DNA of 64,000 nt, taken from contig OZ242372.1 in the NCBI GenBank assembly GCA_965209035.1, forward strand, positions 288,001-352,000, read 5' to 3'. Below are positions 62,080-64,000 of the stretch, piece by piece; within the stretch, counting starts at the first letter, position 1, and each line of letters opens with the position of its first letter. Origin of the DNA: Gammaproteobacteria bacterium (GTDB taxonomy: Bacteria; Pseudomonadota; Gammaproteobacteria; CBDBNL01; JAAOII01). Below the pieces are notes generated by a model that saw only the letters and a program-made list of their open reading frames with translations, ran no database searches and was not told the DNA's origin. The position numbers were made by a program, and so were the translations under genes.

Positions 62080-62133
62080 TTCTACTCTACTCTACTCTAC
62101 TCTATTCTGTCCTGTCCTGTCCTGTCCTGTCCT
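62080..62133. repeat. Compound pentanucleotide microsatellite (tctac)n(cctgt)n
   Basis: tctactctactctactctactctattctgtcctgtcctgtcctgtcctgtcct, immediately 5' of the rhomboid ATG. Confidence 0.9.
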
Positions 62134-62231
62134 ATTTTGTTTTGCCTTGCCATGGCGTCCGGCTGCGGCGAACAACAACAAACTAAACTTTCCTCTCGTG
62201 TCCGCCGTAGCCGCGTGCATTAATGTTGCCG

Positions 62232-63350
62232 TTAGTCTTCGGACGAGTCCGGCAGTTGCTTCTTGGTATCCGCGCCGAGTTCCTTAATTTTTTCGGCACG
62301 ACCTATCAGGTTCCCCCTGCCCTGCGATAACTTATTGCGTGCCTCGCTCACACTCTCTTTGGCGCGGTCCAAAAACTTGCCGATACCATCCACATCCTCC
62401 ACGAAGCCGCAGAGTTTGTCATACATCGCACCCGCCTGGCGGGCGATCTCTTCGGCATTTTTATTGCGTTTCTCGTTACGCCAAATATTATGAATGACTC
62501 TGAGCGTTGCCAAAAGAGTGGACGGCGCCACCGGGATAATTCGCTTTCGCAGAGCATAACTAAACAGAGTGTTGTCCTCCTGTTGGGCAAGAATAAACGC
62601 CGGCTCCACCGCAAAAAATAGCAGAACATATTCCAAGCTGTTTAATCCCGGCAAACGGGAGTAGTCCTTGTCTGACAGACTGTCCACATGCTTTTTTACG
62701 GCTGCCAAATGTTGTTTAAGGCAAACCGCGCGCTCCGTCTCATCCTCGGCCTCGTTGTAAGACACATAGGCATTCAAAGAAACCTTGGCATCCACAATAA
62801 TCTGTTTATTGTCCGGCAAGAACACCACCGCATCCGGCCGCAGAACGCCCCCCTCTTCACTGCCAAACGAAGGTTGCAACTTGTATTCGCGGTCCTTCAC
62901 CAGACCGGAATGTTCCAACACGCTCTCCAAGATCATCTCGCCCCAATTCCCTTGCATCTTCTTGTCGCTCTTTAGTGCCCTGGCAAGACCCTGTGCCATT
63001 TCCTCCACCTCTCTGTTCGTTTCCAGCAGATTAACGATATGCTGTTTCAGTTCGGCACGACCGCTTTCCTGGTCCTTGCTAATATCTTCCAGACGATTGC
63101 GAAAGCCTTCTATGTTTTGTTTGAGCGGTGCCAGAGTTCTTTCAATCTCGCTGCGGCTCTTTTCGTTTTGCAGGGTAAAAACACGATTGGCAATGTTTTC
63201 AATTAACCCGCCTTGGTCCTTGGTCTCTCCCATAAGGCGGGCGTTCTCTCGTTCAAGTTCGCGATTCTTTGTATTAGTTCTAAAAAAAAGACCGACAAAA
63301 ACCAGTGTGGTCAATGCCAGAACCACTATCGGCAGAATATTGCCGTCCAT
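62232..63350 (-). CDS. rmuC: DNA recombination protein RmuC family
   Basis: QGNWGEMILE.VLE.SGL, RPDAVV.LP, VDAKVSL, LSDKDY, SEARNKL..GRGNL. Confidence 0.93.
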   Translation of the reverse strand: MDGNILPIVVLALTTLVFVGLFFRTNTKNRELERENARLMGETKDQGGLIENIANRVFTLQNEKSRSEIERTLAPLKQNIEGFRNRLEDISKDQESGRAELKQHIVNLLETNREVEEMAQGLARALKSDKKMQGNWGEMILESVLEHSGLVKDREYKLQPSFGSEEGGVLRPDAVVFLPDNKQIIVDAKVSLNAYVSYNEAEDETERAVCLKQHLAAVKKHVDSLSDKDYSRLPGLNSLEYVLLFFAVEPAFILAQQEDNTLFSYALRKRIIPVAPSTLLATLRVIHNIWRNEKRNKNAEEIARQAGAMYDKLCGFVEDVDGIGKFLDRAKESVSEARNKLSQGRGNLIGRAEKIKELGADTKKQLPDSSED

Positions 63351-63377
63351 TCGTTTTCGCTTTTTGGGCTACGGCGG

Positions 63378-63806
63378 CTAAGAGTTGCCCTGTCCCGGTT
63401 TTCTGCCGCGGCGTCTTCCGCCCCCCGAATGAACCGCATCCGCATGCCCCGCCGCCGCGCGCGGCTCGGCATTGTGTGCCATCTCTCTGGTTAAGAAAAA
63501 ACTGATGACCGTCCGAATGATCACAATACCGCCCAGAAAAAGAAGATCCTCTGTCGTCCGGCTGATGACCGTGTGGATGATATCCGAGGCGATCATAAAC
63601 TCCAAACCCAGTAACAGATATCCGCCCAACTCGTCGCGCAAACGCATATCCTTTTTGCGAATGTCGCCGCCGCGACCGATGATCTTAAAAAATTCCAGTC
63701 CGCCGAACCACCATAATCCTTTAACAACTCCCCAAACCAAGATAGCGACCGCCGCCAAATCAATGACAACCGCCAGCAACTCAACCCAATATGCTATGAC
63801 TGTCAT
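63378..63806 (-). CDS. DUF1622-family membrane protein
   Basis: [36 protein letters not shown]; ATG 63806 overlaps lgt stop. Confidence 0.85.
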   Translation of the reverse strand: MTVIAYWVELLAVVIDLAAVAILVWGVVKGLWWFGGLEFFKIIGRGGDIRKKDMRLRDELGGYLLLGLEFMIASDIIHTVISRTTEDLLFLGGIVIIRTVISFFLTREMAHNAEPRAAAGHADAVHSGGGRRRGRKPGQGNS

Positions 63807-64000
63807 GCGGAACCGTAATTGGGGATGACGGACTTCCGCCAACCATAAACGAATATGATCATGCCGCCAATAATCATCGGCAAACTTAACAACTGCCCTA
63901 CGGTCAGCCAGTCAAATGCCAGATAGCCGATATGGGCATCCGGTATGCGCACAAACTCCACCAGAAATCGCATTAATCCGTAACCGAACAGGAAAAGACC
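63803..64000 (-). CDS. lgt: Prolipoprotein diacylglyceryl transferase, 3' part
   Basis: [26 protein letters not shown]...[11 protein letters not shown]; 5' part outside window; not in ORF track. Confidence 0.93.
   Translation of the reverse strand, partial: GLFLFGYGLMRFLVEFVRIPDAHIGYLAFDWLTVGQLLSLPMIIGGMIIFVYGWRKSVIPNYGSA

Overview
A 64 kb stretch of a gammaproteobacterial-type chromosome, mostly housekeeping genes in a shuffled order (rpsU, hda-surA-lptD, tolC, parE-clpB-purH-pnp-rpsO, thyA, ccm genes in two places, thrS-infC-rpmI-rplT-pheS-pheT, mutM-argH, ung, ribH-nusB-thiL-pgpA, anmK, dsbA, folA, uvrD, lptB, nadE, rmuC, lgt), plus tRNA-Pro(GGG) and tRNA-Val(GAC). The dominant unexplained signal is tandem duplication at every scale. 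(i) Two gene starts (uvrD, 116-bp unit x~5; nusB/thiL junction, 92-bp unit x3) have become chains of ATGA-overlapped mini-ORFs, both with unit length 3n+2. (ii) Both genes of an Hpy99I-like restriction-modification cassette are frameshifted by a single perfect 10-bp or 13-bp duplication. (iii) Three paralogous membrane-anchored coiled-coil genes differ in their number of 33-bp repeats. (iv) An LptC/LptA-like fusion carries a 237-bp in-frame duplication. (v) Short 9-12 bp stutters are common. A DUF262/DUF1524 + HEPN-MNT defence islet lies between two versions of the 3' end of a rhomboid gene, an integration-type scar with no integrase present. Product calls come from recognising motifs by eye; no database searches were run.
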